Part shown: in pieces, positions 49,803 to 59,185 of the stretch | Layout: every line of letters begins with the position of its first letter | Position numbering within the stretch: the first letter of the stretch is position 1 | Origin: Gammaproteobacteria bacterium | GTDB lineage: Bacteria; Pseudomonadota; Gammaproteobacteria; Eutrophobiales; Eutrophobiaceae | Direction: 5' to 3' | NCBI GenBank assembly: GCA_965116495.1 | Contig: OZ220696.1 | Location: 2,336,001-2,400,000, forward strand | DNA: 64,000 nt | Position numbers and translations under genes: made by a program | Notes under the pieces: generated by a model | The model's input: only the letters and a program-made list of their open reading frames with translations | Told to the model about the DNA's origin: nothing | Database searches by the model: none

Positions 49803-49867
49803 TATTGGGATATTCGGGATCAGGGTAAAATCGCCGTTATCGTAGCCGATGGCAAAGTGCAAGGCGA

Positions 49868-49895
49868 TTGACAGCAGCGGCGCTGTTGCTATAGT
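49868..49895 (+). promoter_or_regulatory. Sigma70-like promoter
   Basis: TTGACA-16bp-TATAGT upstream of 49971. Confidence 0.55.
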
Positions 49896-49970
49896 TTGAT
49901 GTGACGCAATCAGGAATTGACGGCGTCACTTACACACAGGGCCAAACGGGACAATAAAGGAGCCGAAAAT

Positions 49971-50258
49971 ATGGAAACAGCAACTTTTGATACTCACCAG
50001 GCTGTTAAAGCCATAGCCAGGTCGGGACTGAAAGACACCCAAGCCGAGGCGATAGTAACCACGATAAACAACGCCATGAACCAGAGTCTCGCAACAAAGT
50101 CGGATATCCTGGCAGTAAAAGTCGATATGGAGGCGCTGAGAGCCGATATGGAGGCGTTCAAAGGCGAGATGAAAGGCGAGATGCTGGTGTTGAAATGGAT
50201 GGTTGGATTGATTATCGTCGTTGAGGCGCTGCCCTTCCTGAAATCTCTTTTTGCATAA
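49971..50258 (+). CDS. DUF1640/CCDC90-like protein (paralogue of 34030..34260)
   Basis: TFDTHQAVK...DTQAEAIVTTINNAMNQ...LATK...EMLVLKWMVG; AAGGAG RBS. Confidence 0.85.
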   Translation: METATFDTHQAVKAIARSGLKDTQAEAIVTTINNAMNQSLATKSDILAVKVDMEALRADMEAFKGEMKGEMLVLKWMVGLIIVVEALPFLKSLFA

Positions 50259-50303
50259 TCCGTGATAGTTGGGGTTCAGCCGGAAACGCATAGACCCGGG
50301 TTG

Positions 50304-51509
50304 TTATACTCTTTCAATAACGATCGCGATTCCCTGGCCGATGCCGATGCACATGGTAATGAGCGCATAACGGCCTTCGATATGCTCCAGTTGCCGTAAC
50401 GCGGTGAGGATCAGCCGCCCCCCGGACGCCCCCAGCGGATGGCCGATACTGATGGCGCCGCCGTTCGGGTTCACCCGTTCGTCCTGAAAGTCAAGCTGCA
50501 GTTGCTTCAGGCAACCCAGTACCTGGGTGGCAAAGGCCTCGTTGACCTCAATGACGTTCATGTCGGCAATGGACAGTCCCGCACGCTGTAGGGCTTTCTG
50601 TGACGCAGGCACGGGACCGATTCCCATCACCCGCGGTTCGACGCCGGCGATGGCCCCGGAGAGAATACGCGCACGCGGGGTCAGACCCAGCTTCCTGCCG
50701 ATGTCCTCGTTCCCCAGCAACAGGGCAACCGCACCGTCATTGATGCCGGAGGCATTGCCGGCAGTGACGACGCCGTCTTCAAACAAGGCGGGCAGTGTTG
50801 ATAGTTTATCCAGCGTGGTGCCGGGCCGGGGGTGTTCATCGGCCGTCACCTTGACGGGCGGGTCCTTACGCCGTTTCGCCGGGACTTCTATTTCCATAAG
50901 TTCCCCGGCGTAAAAACCGGCATTCTTTGCTCCCTCGTATTTCTGTTGCGAGGCAAAGGCGAAGGCATCGCTGTCTTCACGGCTGATATTGAAGTCCCTG
51001 GCCAGGTTGTCCGCGGTCTGCGGCATGGCATCGTCCCCGTATTGCTTGAGCAGCTGCTTATTGGGAAAGCGCCAGCCAAGCAGGGAGTCGTACATCTGCT
51101 GGTTGCGGTCAAAACTGGTCTCCGCCTTGCCCAGTACCCAGGGTGAGCGGCTCATGCTCTCCACGCCGCCGGAGATGAACAACTGCCCCTGTCCGCAACT
51201 GATGGCGCGGGACGCGTCCAGGGTCGCCGCCGCCCCGCTGCCGCACAGGCGGTTGACGGTCACGCCACCGACCGAGGTGTGCATGCCGGCCAGCAGCGCG
51301 GCATTGCGCGCCACGTTGCGGCTGTCTTCACCCGCCTGGTTGGTATTGCCGAAGACCACGTCCTCCACCAGGCTGCTCTCAATGCCGTTCCTGTCCAGCA
51401 AGGCCCTGATGACGGCTGCCGCCAGGTCGTCCGGCCGTTTCACCGACAGGCCGCCGCCGAAACGGCCGAATGGCGAGCGGATACCATCGTAAATTACTGA
51501 ACCATTCAT
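50304..51509 (-). CDS. pcaF: 3-oxoadipyl-CoA-type thiolase (PcaF/PaaJ)
   Basis: NQAGEDSRNVAR, NRLCGSG, NEAFA, GHPLGASG, CIGIGQG. Confidence 0.85.
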   Translation of the reverse strand: MNGSVIYDGIRSPFGRFGGGLSVKRPDDLAAAVIRALLDRNGIESSLVEDVVFGNTNQAGEDSRNVARNAALLAGMHTSVGGVTVNRLCGSGAAATLDASRAISCGQGQLFISGGVESMSRSPWVLGKAETSFDRNQQMYDSLLGWRFPNKQLLKQYGDDAMPQTADNLARDFNISREDSDAFAFASQQKYEGAKNAGFYAGELMEIEVPAKRRKDPPVKVTADEHPRPGTTLDKLSTLPALFEDGVVTAGNASGINDGAVALLLGNEDIGRKLGLTPRARILSGAIAGVEPRVMGIGPVPASQKALQRAGLSIADMNVIEVNEAFATQVLGCLKQLQLDFQDERVNPNGGAISIGHPLGASGGRLILTALRQLEHIEGRYALITMCIGIGQGIAIVIERV

Positions 51510-51587
51510 AGTCTATACCTCACTATCTCTTATCTTATTGAAAGAAATCCAAACGTGTCGGCTATTATACATGTCAGTGGAGAGCTG

Positions 51588-51611
51588 GCTGGTTCGAATC
51601 CGGTCACCCAG
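51588..51611 (+). other. tRNA 3'-end-like remnant (T-arm plus acceptor 3' strand)
   Basis: GCTGGTTCGAATCCGGTCACCCAG; no D-arm, anticodon arm or 5' acceptor strand upstream. Confidence 0.4.
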
Positions 51612-51683
51612 TGTGCTATAAATACAGAGTGCCCTTTATTAAACTCAGTCGTTTGCCGTAAATCGCAAACATCAGGAAAAAAT

Positions 51684-53303
51684 ATGAACGAAAATACAGG
51701 TGCAACATCAACGTCCGGCGCAAGGCGCGCTGAAGACGCAGACCCGACGCAACGGGTCGGCATCATAGGCGCCGGCATTGCCGGCCTCGTTACGGCCAAG
51801 ATCTTTCTGGAAAACGGGTTCGACGTCCAGGTGTTCGAAAAGGAACCCGACCTGGGCGGGGTCTGGGCTGTTTCACGGGCCTATCCTGAATTGCGGGCTA
51901 ATACCGCAAAGGAAACCTACAGTCTTACCGACTACCCCTACCCGGAAACCACGAGCGGGTACCCGGTCGCGGAGGAAGTGCGCGCGCACCTCGAATCCTA
52001 TGCAGATCATTTCGGCCTGTATCCCCATATCAGGTTCAACAGCGAAGTGGTCCACTTGGCGGAGGTCGATGACAACGGCAGGCAGGGCTTCAGTATGACA
52101 GTCCGCTCGACAGCCGATGATGACAAGCAGGAGAGCAGGGAGGACGCCCATGAATTCGCATTTGTCGTTATCTGCTCGGGGGCCTTTTCCTCGCCCTTTA
52201 TGCCGGATTTCCCCGGGAGGGAGGCCTTCAGGGGCCTGGTGCGCCATTCGAGTGAGTGGACCCATCCCGCGGTCGCTGATGTCCGGCGGGTGGCCGTCAT
52301 AGGCGCCGGCAAATCCGCACTCGATTGTGCCGCATGGGCTGCACGCGAAGGAAAAACGTCCACCATTGTGTTTCGCAAGCCGCACTGGATGGTGCCGCGC
52401 TACCTGCCCGGCGGCGCCCGCAGTGATTTACGGTTTATCTCACGGTTGATCGAGATGTTCGTCAACTACCCGGTTCGTCCCTGGGATGAGAAACTTTTGC
52501 ACGGCCCCGGTAAACCGATAGTGTGGCTCTGGTGGTCCTTTATTAGCGCAATTGTGCCCCGTATACTGGGCATGCCGGCGTATATGGTTCCCGAACATAA
52601 ATTACCAACCGGCTTTGAAAGCGTGGGACAGGTCGACGACTTCTTTGAACTGCTGAATGATACCCGCATCAGCGCCATACGGGCGGGCGTCAAAGGGTTT
52701 TACGAAACAGGCATCGAACTTGACGATGGAACGCAGGTAGAAGCGGACCTGGTCATCATGGGCACAGGATGGCAACGCGATCTGTCGTTCCTGAGTGAGG
52801 AACTGAGAGCAAAAGTATACAAAAACGGCCGCTTCTATCTATTTCGGCGGATATTACCCCCCGGGCAACCGAGACTGGCATTTGTGGGATTTTTTCCAAC
52901 CCTTACTTGCCCGTTGTCTTCTGAAGTAGGCGCGCACTGGACGGCACAGTTCTTCAGCGGAAATATGACATTGCCCTTGGCAGGAGAGATGGACCGGGAA
53001 ATCGACCGGCTGGAAAACTGGGCAAAAGAGAGGGTGCCGGAAGCTGAAGACGGCGTATTTACGGGGCCATATATCGGTCATTACGTCGATGACCTGATGC
53101 GTGACATGGGCATGCCGACCAGGCGTACAAGTAACTTTTTGCACGAATACCTCGGCACCTTCCTGCCGAGCCGCTATGGCACACTCGGACAGGAACTGAA
53201 GGCCGTCAAGGAAGGATCGTTCAAACGGCGCCCTTACCTGGGCAGCCTGCATGTGCTGGCGGCGATCATCGTAATCGTGATCTTGGTGCTCGTTACAGGT
53301 TGA
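51684..53303 (+). CDS. Flavin-containing monooxygenase (FMO family) with C-terminal TM helix
   Basis: IIGAGIAGL, LGGVW, FRGLVRHSSEW (FxGxxxHxxxW), VIGAGKSALD, MGTGW. Confidence 0.9.
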   Translation: MNENTGATSTSGARRAEDADPTQRVGIIGAGIAGLVTAKIFLENGFDVQVFEKEPDLGGVWAVSRAYPELRANTAKETYSLTDYPYPETTSGYPVAEEVRAHLESYADHFGLYPHIRFNSEVVHLAEVDDNGRQGFSMTVRSTADDDKQESREDAHEFAFVVICSGAFSSPFMPDFPGREAFRGLVRHSSEWTHPAVADVRRVAVIGAGKSALDCAAWAAREGKTSTIVFRKPHWMVPRYLPGGARSDLRFISRLIEMFVNYPVRPWDEKLLHGPGKPIVWLWWSFISAIVPRILGMPAYMVPEHKLPTGFESVGQVDDFFELLNDTRISAIRAGVKGFYETGIELDDGTQVEADLVIMGTGWQRDLSFLSEELRAKVYKNGRFYLFRRILPPGQPRLAFVGFFPTLTCPLSSEVGAHWTAQFFSGNMTLPLAGEMDREIDRLENWAKERVPEAEDGVFTGPYIGHYVDDLMRDMGMPTRRTSNFLHEYLGTFLPSRYGTLGQELKAVKEGSFKRRPYLGSLHVLAAIIVIVILVLVTG

Positions 53304-53305
53304 CA

Positions 53306-54313
53306 CTAACCATTCTGTAAAACGACCTTACCCATCTGGCCGAACGATTCCAGTAACTTATGGGCAGCGACCGCCTCGCTCATCGGCAATACCCGGTCTA
53401 CCACAGGTTCAATCTTTTTCTCGTTGACAAATTCCAGCATAGCTTTGAATTCGGCATTGGATCCCATCATCGTCCCCTGTATGCGTGTCTGGTTGAAAAA
53501 CAGCCTTGGTATTTCCAGACCTGTCGAAGGGACGCCGAGGGTGGCGCCGAAGAATACAAACCGTCCGGCAGGCCTCAGGGCGCCCAGAAGATTATTCAAG
53601 TCATCCCCACCCGCGCTGTCGATGACGGCATTAAATCCCCCTGCCTGTTTTTTAAGGGTTTTATGATAGTCTTCCTGCCTGTAGCTGATGCCGCCGGTAG
53701 CGCCGATTGACCTGGCTTTTTCAATTTTTTCCTCCGAACCGCTGGTCACGTAAACCTCGGCACCCAACGCGCTGGCCCACTGGATGGCAAAGGTGGACAC
53801 GCCGCTGCCGGCGCCCGTGACCAGCACGGTCTGCCCGGCTTGCACCTCAGCCTGCGTCACAACGGCACGCCAGGCCGTCAGTCCGGCCAGCGGTACCGCG
53901 GCTGCCTGCTCCCAGCCCAGGTGAGCGGGTCTGGCGTACACATCCGTAGCCGGGCAGCAGATGTACTCGGCAAACGTGCCCTGATCCGGCATACCCAGTA
54001 CGCGGAAATTCGGCCCGGACACGGCCTCGCTGTCACCCCATTCCCTGGCAGGATAGACCACCACTTCATTACCGACCATTGAATCATCAACACCTGCGCC
54101 GACGGCATCAATCGTCCCGGCGCCGTCGGAACCGGCTATACAGGGAAGACTCGTACGCGGATACCTGCCGATGGTGATCCAGTAATCACGCCGGTTCAAC
54201 GCGGAATTCCGGAGTCTGACACGCACCTCGCCCGGTCCCGGGTCGGGCGTGTCCACCTCCAATATTTTCAGGTTATCAGGACCGCCAAGTTCTTCTAATA
54301 CGATTGCTTTCAT
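53306..54313 (-). CDS. MDR-family oxidoreductase (zinc-binding ADH-like / quinone reductase)
   Basis: ALNRRD, GSDGAG, PLAGLTAWRA, TGAGSGV, GTMMGS, QMGKVVL. Confidence 0.9.
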   Translation of the reverse strand: MKAIVLEELGGPDNLKILEVDTPDPGPGEVRVRLRNSALNRRDYWITIGRYPRTSLPCIAGSDGAGTIDAVGAGVDDSMVGNEVVVYPAREWGDSEAVSGPNFRVLGMPDQGTFAEYICCPATDVYARPAHLGWEQAAAVPLAGLTAWRAVVTQAEVQAGQTVLVTGAGSGVSTFAIQWASALGAEVYVTSGSEEKIEKARSIGATGGISYRQEDYHKTLKKQAGGFNAVIDSAGGDDLNNLLGALRPAGRFVFFGATLGVPSTGLEIPRLFFNQTRIQGTMMGSNAEFKAMLEFVNEKKIEPVVDRVLPMSEAVAAHKLLESFGQMGKVVLQNG

Positions 54314-54404
54314 AATATGCTCCTTATATCGTTTTCTTATAAATCATGCTGATAGGGTAATTTTTACCGGTTACACAGAGAGAGTTTTGTGACCGCAAGA
54401 CTCT

Positions 54405-55397
54405 TTAATTCATTGAGTATAATGCCTTGAGAAATAACTGGGCACGGTGCTCGTCGCTAACGCCTTCCCAACTGGACTTAAAAATCTCAAACGCTTTTCG
54501 ACTGATTAAAATTGGTTGCGCCAGGTCCTTCTCTCCGGATGATATTTCAGCGTCTTCGATTGAAAACAGTTTCGCAGTTTTTATCAACGCATTACTGATA
54601 TTATCTTTTTCCAGATTTCCTAACTCTCGCTGAATTGCTTTTGCCGTCGTAGAGGAGACCCATATCTGAACTGTGTCATAATCAACTGGTTCACTCTGAA
54701 CTCGAAAATAATACAGGTTTTCATCGGACGGAGCGGGTACGTCAAAGTATGGTTGGATTTTGATACCTGCACTGGTGGTAACAGAGTACCTTTTCTTGTC
54801 GCTGTCTTGCTCATATATCCATAAGCTCTTGCTGCCTTTTCTTGTTCCTCTCGGCGGAGTTTCATTCCACTCCGCATAATAATGATCCGGCTGCGGAGCA
54901 ACTAATGGTTCTTCGAAATAAAGAAATTCTGTCAGGGAATCTTCCCATAATAACCATCCAATTCGCATATCCGGCTCTTTTCCAGCAGAATTTTCCCTGA
55001 CTTTCCTGGTCCGAATATCGATTAAATCTGAATACTGCTGAAATACATTACGCATTACTTCATCTGCCGGTAATTCTGTGTTATCGATTCTTATGGACCT
55101 TGTTGCAGCCGGGTGCATCATTGTAGTTCCACATACCGATTTAATTGGACGCTCTCGTAGCCCGGATACTCTGAGCAGTTTCTGTTCAACGCCTAAACCG
55201 GAGTAATTCACATCTATATTCAAGTTACTCCATCCGCTATGGGGGATACCTTTAGCCATGCAGTAAACCTCATTCCAGTCAGTTTCTTCGAGCTTACGTC
55301 CCATCATGTGGGCCACTTGAGTAGCAAGAAGCACTTTGGCTTTGGCGTATTCTTCTTTCGTAAAAGTCTTTTGTGTCGCGTTATGCTTACTGCTCAT
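54405..55397 (-). CDS. Hypothetical protein, putative PD-(D/E)XK restriction endonuclease
   Basis: 330 aa, 2 bp downstream of the MTase; NIDVNYSGLGVEQK fits a D-x7-E-x-K pattern with upstream KLEE. Confidence 0.55.
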   Translation of the reverse strand: MSSKHNATQKTFTKEEYAKAKVLLATQVAHMMGRKLEETDWNEVYCMAKGIPHSGWSNLNIDVNYSGLGVEQKLLRVSGLRERPIKSVCGTTMMHPAATRSIRIDNTELPADEVMRNVFQQYSDLIDIRTRKVRENSAGKEPDMRIGWLLWEDSLTEFLYFEEPLVAPQPDHYYAEWNETPPRGTRKGSKSLWIYEQDSDKKRYSVTTSAGIKIQPYFDVPAPSDENLYYFRVQSEPVDYDTVQIWVSSTTAKAIQRELGNLEKDNISNALIKTAKLFSIEDAEISSGEKDLAQPILISRKAFEIFKSSWEGVSDEHRAQLFLKALYSMN

Positions 55398-55399
55398 CG

Positions 55400-57568
55400 T
55401 CAGTTAACATTGCCTTCGGCGTCAGTGATCTGATTTACAAAATCACGAAAAGTAGAAAAATCCACAAGCTCATGGTTTTTGGGCAGCGCATACATTAACC
55501 ATTCGCTATATAGTCTGCGTAAATCGGGCTCATTATCACGAGTTACGTGCAGAAACTCTATTGTCGGAATTTCGTTTCGGCGACCGGTCATAAACATGGT
55601 AATTGATTCATCATTTTTTACAGCTTTTACCTGAGTATCAACCGACCCGGACGACGCATACTTTCGGCAATGCAAAACCAAATCACAACCTGCGGTATTG
55701 TTACTGACAAACTGTTTAAATGTACCGTGCTGTTTATCAAATATATCCAGTCGTTCAATAATAAAACCTGCCTTTTGAACTGCATTCTTCAAGGCATCCC
55801 AGACTTCCCTGGATGAGTTCATGAATACCAGCAACATCCAATGTCCGGTTCTCAAGACTCGATAGCACTCGGATAGGCTTTCCCTCATAAGATCTTCATA
55901 ATCCCTGATACTTTTTCCTTGAACCTTATTCACTATTGCTTCCCGGGTGTTGTCTGTAAATTCACCAAGCCAGGCCTCCCAGAGGATGTTCATTTCCGAA
56001 TAATTTATATTACTGCCGAAAGGAGGGTCGGTAAAAATAAAATCCACCGATTCGTCGGGGATATAATTGAGTTCCGTTGCCGAATTGCAGACTACGGCTT
56101 TTCTTCCCCTATAGTTGACTGCTGTTGTTTCCAGATGATCAAGAATACTTGCCGCCTTGCGCTCAAAAGTTACAAATACGTTGGCTTCGTTAAAAATAAA
56201 CGGGACATTGAAACGTGCTGTATTGCCGCTACCGCCCCAAAAACGGAATTCAGATAGACGGGTAACTCTCTGGTACAAAGAGGTAAAGATAAACGCGATT
56301 GACGAAGCAAGCCTGGGATCGCTGAGTCTGTGAATCTCTTTCCAGATATGACTCATGGCCGCTAAATTACGACTGGTATAAAACCGATCAATCGAAGTTA
56401 ACCCGTGCTTGATTGGTTGGTTCAGGTTGACTCCATCGGGCAATTCTGTAACAGGAAAATAACCTTGCTGCAAGTAACAACCTGTATCAGCATTTTTTAT
56501 TATCGCCAAATCCAAATCTGTGAGTTGATGTTCGACCTGGGATTTCCCGCAACATTTATATCCGAGCATCACCGGTTCAGCTGTAGTGCGGCGTAATGAT
56601 CTTTTCTTTATGGTTTCTCCGCAGGTGGGGCAGGAAAACTCTTTGAGTATCTTGTGTTCCCGGACCGTACGACCATATTTTCGACAATGGTCCCATAATA
56701 AAAATTCAGCCTTGCAGTCCGGGCACAAGACGCTATACGACCATACGGTGTATAAAATTTCTGTGTCGTTTCCACACTCCCGGCACCCGGTTGTATAAAG
56801 CTTGCGCCTTACTTCTTCCACGGCGTCTGAAATAACTCTTATTGCCGCGCAGAATTCCGAAGAGGGAATAGATTCCGTAAAATTGTGACTTATAAAACAT
56901 GCAGCCGGGGAAAGTTCATTCAATATGACATCTACCCCGGCAACACGCGCGGCTACTCCGGTCATTCCACTGCCGGAAAACGGGTCGAAGACCACACCGC
57001 CCTCCGGCAGGTAATGGTTGATAAATTCGACAATCCCCTGTGGGGGTACTTTCGTGTGATAGGTATGGGCATCGTAGGTATATGTATTTTTACCTGCCGA
57101 CATCTCCAGTATTATGGGGTTGTTTTCTGTTCTCGCCGGCATTGAACGGTCCGCGAATATCTCTTTCAGACAATCCTCGCTGTCCATGATGAATTGACCG
57201 TTCTTCATAACGGAAAAAAGTGACGGGGCCGGAGTTTCCTCAATCTGTACTTTCGGCTGTCTGATAAACAAGTCGGATTGTTTTGACTGTAACCCTTGTC
57301 TGGTAGCTCCTCTTGATGCAAAAGTCCCATTTTGCAGCACTAGTGATGGGGGTCGAACTGTTTCGCCTCGCTGTATTTTTCCCAGCAGCTCAGAGATTTT
57401 TTTTTGTTGCTGGGGTGACGGCGAAATATAACTGCGTTCCCACTGCTGAACGGCGGCAAAAGAAGTGCCTATAAGCTGCGCCAACTCAGGTGTGGAAATA
57501 CGACAATGTTCACGTATCAACCTCAATTGATCTGAAATAGCTGTTTTCTCAAATTTCGTAGAGAGCAT
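55400..57568 (-). CDS. XRE-HTH-fused DNA amino-methyltransferase with Zn ribbons
   Basis: N-terminal HTH (ELAQLIGTSFAAVQQWE); YHTKVPP; motif I DPFSGSGMTG; CxxC pairs; motif IV FIFTDPPF. Confidence 0.9.
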   Translation of the reverse strand: MLSTKFEKTAISDQLRLIREHCRISTPELAQLIGTSFAAVQQWERSYISPSPQQQKKISELLGKIQRGETVRPPSLVLQNGTFASRGATRQGLQSKQSDLFIRQPKVQIEETPAPSLFSVMKNGQFIMDSEDCLKEIFADRSMPARTENNPIILEMSAGKNTYTYDAHTYHTKVPPQGIVEFINHYLPEGGVVFDPFSGSGMTGVAARVAGVDVILNELSPAACFISHNFTESIPSSEFCAAIRVISDAVEEVRRKLYTTGCRECGNDTEILYTVWSYSVLCPDCKAEFLLWDHCRKYGRTVREHKILKEFSCPTCGETIKKRSLRRTTAEPVMLGYKCCGKSQVEHQLTDLDLAIIKNADTGCYLQQGYFPVTELPDGVNLNQPIKHGLTSIDRFYTSRNLAAMSHIWKEIHRLSDPRLASSIAFIFTSLYQRVTRLSEFRFWGGSGNTARFNVPFIFNEANVFVTFERKAASILDHLETTAVNYRGRKAVVCNSATELNYIPDESVDFIFTDPPFGSNINYSEMNILWEAWLGEFTDNTREAIVNKVQGKSIRDYEDLMRESLSECYRVLRTGHWMLLVFMNSSREVWDALKNAVQKAGFIIERLDIFDKQHGTFKQFVSNNTAGCDLVLHCRKYASSGSVDTQVKAVKNDESITMFMTGRRNEIPTIEFLHVTRDNEPDLRRLYSEWLMYALPKNHELVDFSTFRDFVNQITDAEGNVN

Positions 57569-58029
57569 TTCTATTGGGTGGATTCCTTAGTATCAGCAAT
57601 TACCGCGTCTCTTTGGACATTATACCTGAAAGCCGTGATGTTATGAGTTACCAGATGAACTACCTACCCACTCTGAAAAAAGAAAACCCGGACAATTCCG
57701 TTATACCAGCGGCGTGGTGATATAGTGGTACAATTTCTAAATGGCCAACGACATGGAAAATTTGACTAATTCGGAGTTGGTGGGCACCCAAGGTCTTCTG
57801 CAACAAATCATTCCCGATAAGCAGACAAGCAGAATTTTTTGTTTACTCATTAAGGATGTTTCTGTAGTTTTCGCAGGCGATTAGTCGATAGTAACCCAGT
57901 TTGAGATTTATTTCGCTTTGCCATACTCCTTGACAGATCATGCCACGTTTAGGGTACGAAAAAACTATAGAAAGCACTACACACTAATCAAGCCGAATAC
58001 GCCCTGTATTTCCATGAAGATGGACGTTT

Positions 58030-58137
58030 ATCTGGTATATCCCGGATTATCTTTCTGGCATAGAAGCGAGAATCTTGAGCGATAAAGTCATGGATGGACT
58101 GCAGATCCAGCATGAGCGGTTCCGGTCATTTCACCAC
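58030..58137 (-). pseudogene. RelE/ParE toxin remnant with in-frame stop at codon 4
   Basis: GTG GTG AAA TGA then PEPLMLDLQSIHDFIAQDSRFYARKIIRDI; overlaps the antitoxin stop; 3' boundary approximate. Confidence 0.72.
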
Positions 58138-58310
58138 GAATCGATTTCTCGCTGAAGTTCCTCGCTAGTAATGGTCTTACCCTGTTCGACAGCTTCCTGT
58201 CCCTTCCTGATTTTATTCAGGACATGAAGCCGATACATAATTTCATCCATATCACTATCTTCCGGCATCCGGTCAATGATATTGATCGCTTCCTGTTTAG
58301 CTGCTTGCAT
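58131..58310 (-). CDS. Small antitoxin-like protein (59 aa, absent from the ORF track)
   Basis: MQAAKQEAINIIDRMPEDSDMDEIMYRLHVLNKIRKGQEAVEQGKTITSEELQREIDSW; typical upstream partner of RelE/ParE. Confidence 0.75.
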   Translation of the reverse strand: MQAAKQEAINIIDRMPEDSDMDEIMYRLHVLNKIRKGQEAVEQGKTITSEELQREIDSW

Positions 58311-58491
58311 GGTTTATTCTGTACCTTGTGATTGATTCGCTCATAGTATATCCGAGCGCAATAGAGAAGGAAAACGAACGAAGCATATCGGCAGGTAACC
58401 GGACTGAGATAACCCGCCTTGATAATGGTCTCTCTGGTGTGTAACCATGTGGCAAATAAACTACCCTGCCGCAAGCGGGCGAGGTATTAAT

Positions 58492-59169
58492 ATGGCATTA
58501 AAAGATATTACCCAAAAAGAAGTTAAGGCGGCGATTAAGGAGTTTGATAAAGAAGGAAGCGAAGAGATATTAAGGAAATATGGCGGGGGAAAATCCCGTC
58601 AGTATTATCTTGAATACAAAGGTAAATATTATGACCAGAAATTAATAGCACGTGTTGCACACGGTTATCTGCTTGGCGAACAACCCTTGAAGGCAAGAGG
58701 TAGGGGCACTCAACGCGCCAATGGTACTAAAACCAGGAAGCATTTAGAAAAACTTGGATTCAATATCGTGGACATTAACGCATTTCACTATCGTGATATA
58801 TCGGGCAACCTGTTACCTGAAGAAGTGGATAGCTCAATAAAGTATAAAGAGGGAGCAACTAAAACTGTAACGATTAATGCGTATGAACGGAATACGGGCG
58901 CCAGAAGAAAATGTCTACAACATCGTGGTTACAAATGCTCAGTATGTTCTTTCAATTTTGAAGACTTTTACGGAACAATAGGTAAAAATTACATCCATGT
59001 ACATCATGTCATCCCTCTCGCAGAAATTAAAGCTGAGTATGAGATTGACCCGGTCAATGATCTTGTCCCAATCTGTCCAAACTGCCATGCGATGATACAC
59101 AAAACCCGGGAAACACTTACCATTGAGCAGTTAAAGCAATATTTGGCAGAAAAAGCTGGAAAGACATGA
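58492..59169 (+). CDS. McrA-type HNH endonuclease (putative modification-dependent restriction)
   Basis: YERN...C...CSVC, IHVHHVIPL, LVPICPNCHAMIH; N-terminal domain resembles the ScoMcrA head. Confidence 0.85.
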   Translation: MALKDITQKEVKAAIKEFDKEGSEEILRKYGGGKSRQYYLEYKGKYYDQKLIARVAHGYLLGEQPLKARGRGTQRANGTKTRKHLEKLGFNIVDINAFHYRDISGNLLPEEVDSSIKYKEGATKTVTINAYERNTGARRKCLQHRGYKCSVCSFNFEDFYGTIGKNYIHVHHVIPLAEIKAEYEIDPVNDLVPICPNCHAMIHKTRETLTIEQLKQYLAEKAGKT

Positions 59170-59185
59170 ACGGGGAGAACGATTC

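Noticed and set aside
51541-51615. Complete tRNA gene
   Set aside because: Only a T-arm-like segment is present; no D-arm, anticodon arm or matching acceptor stem
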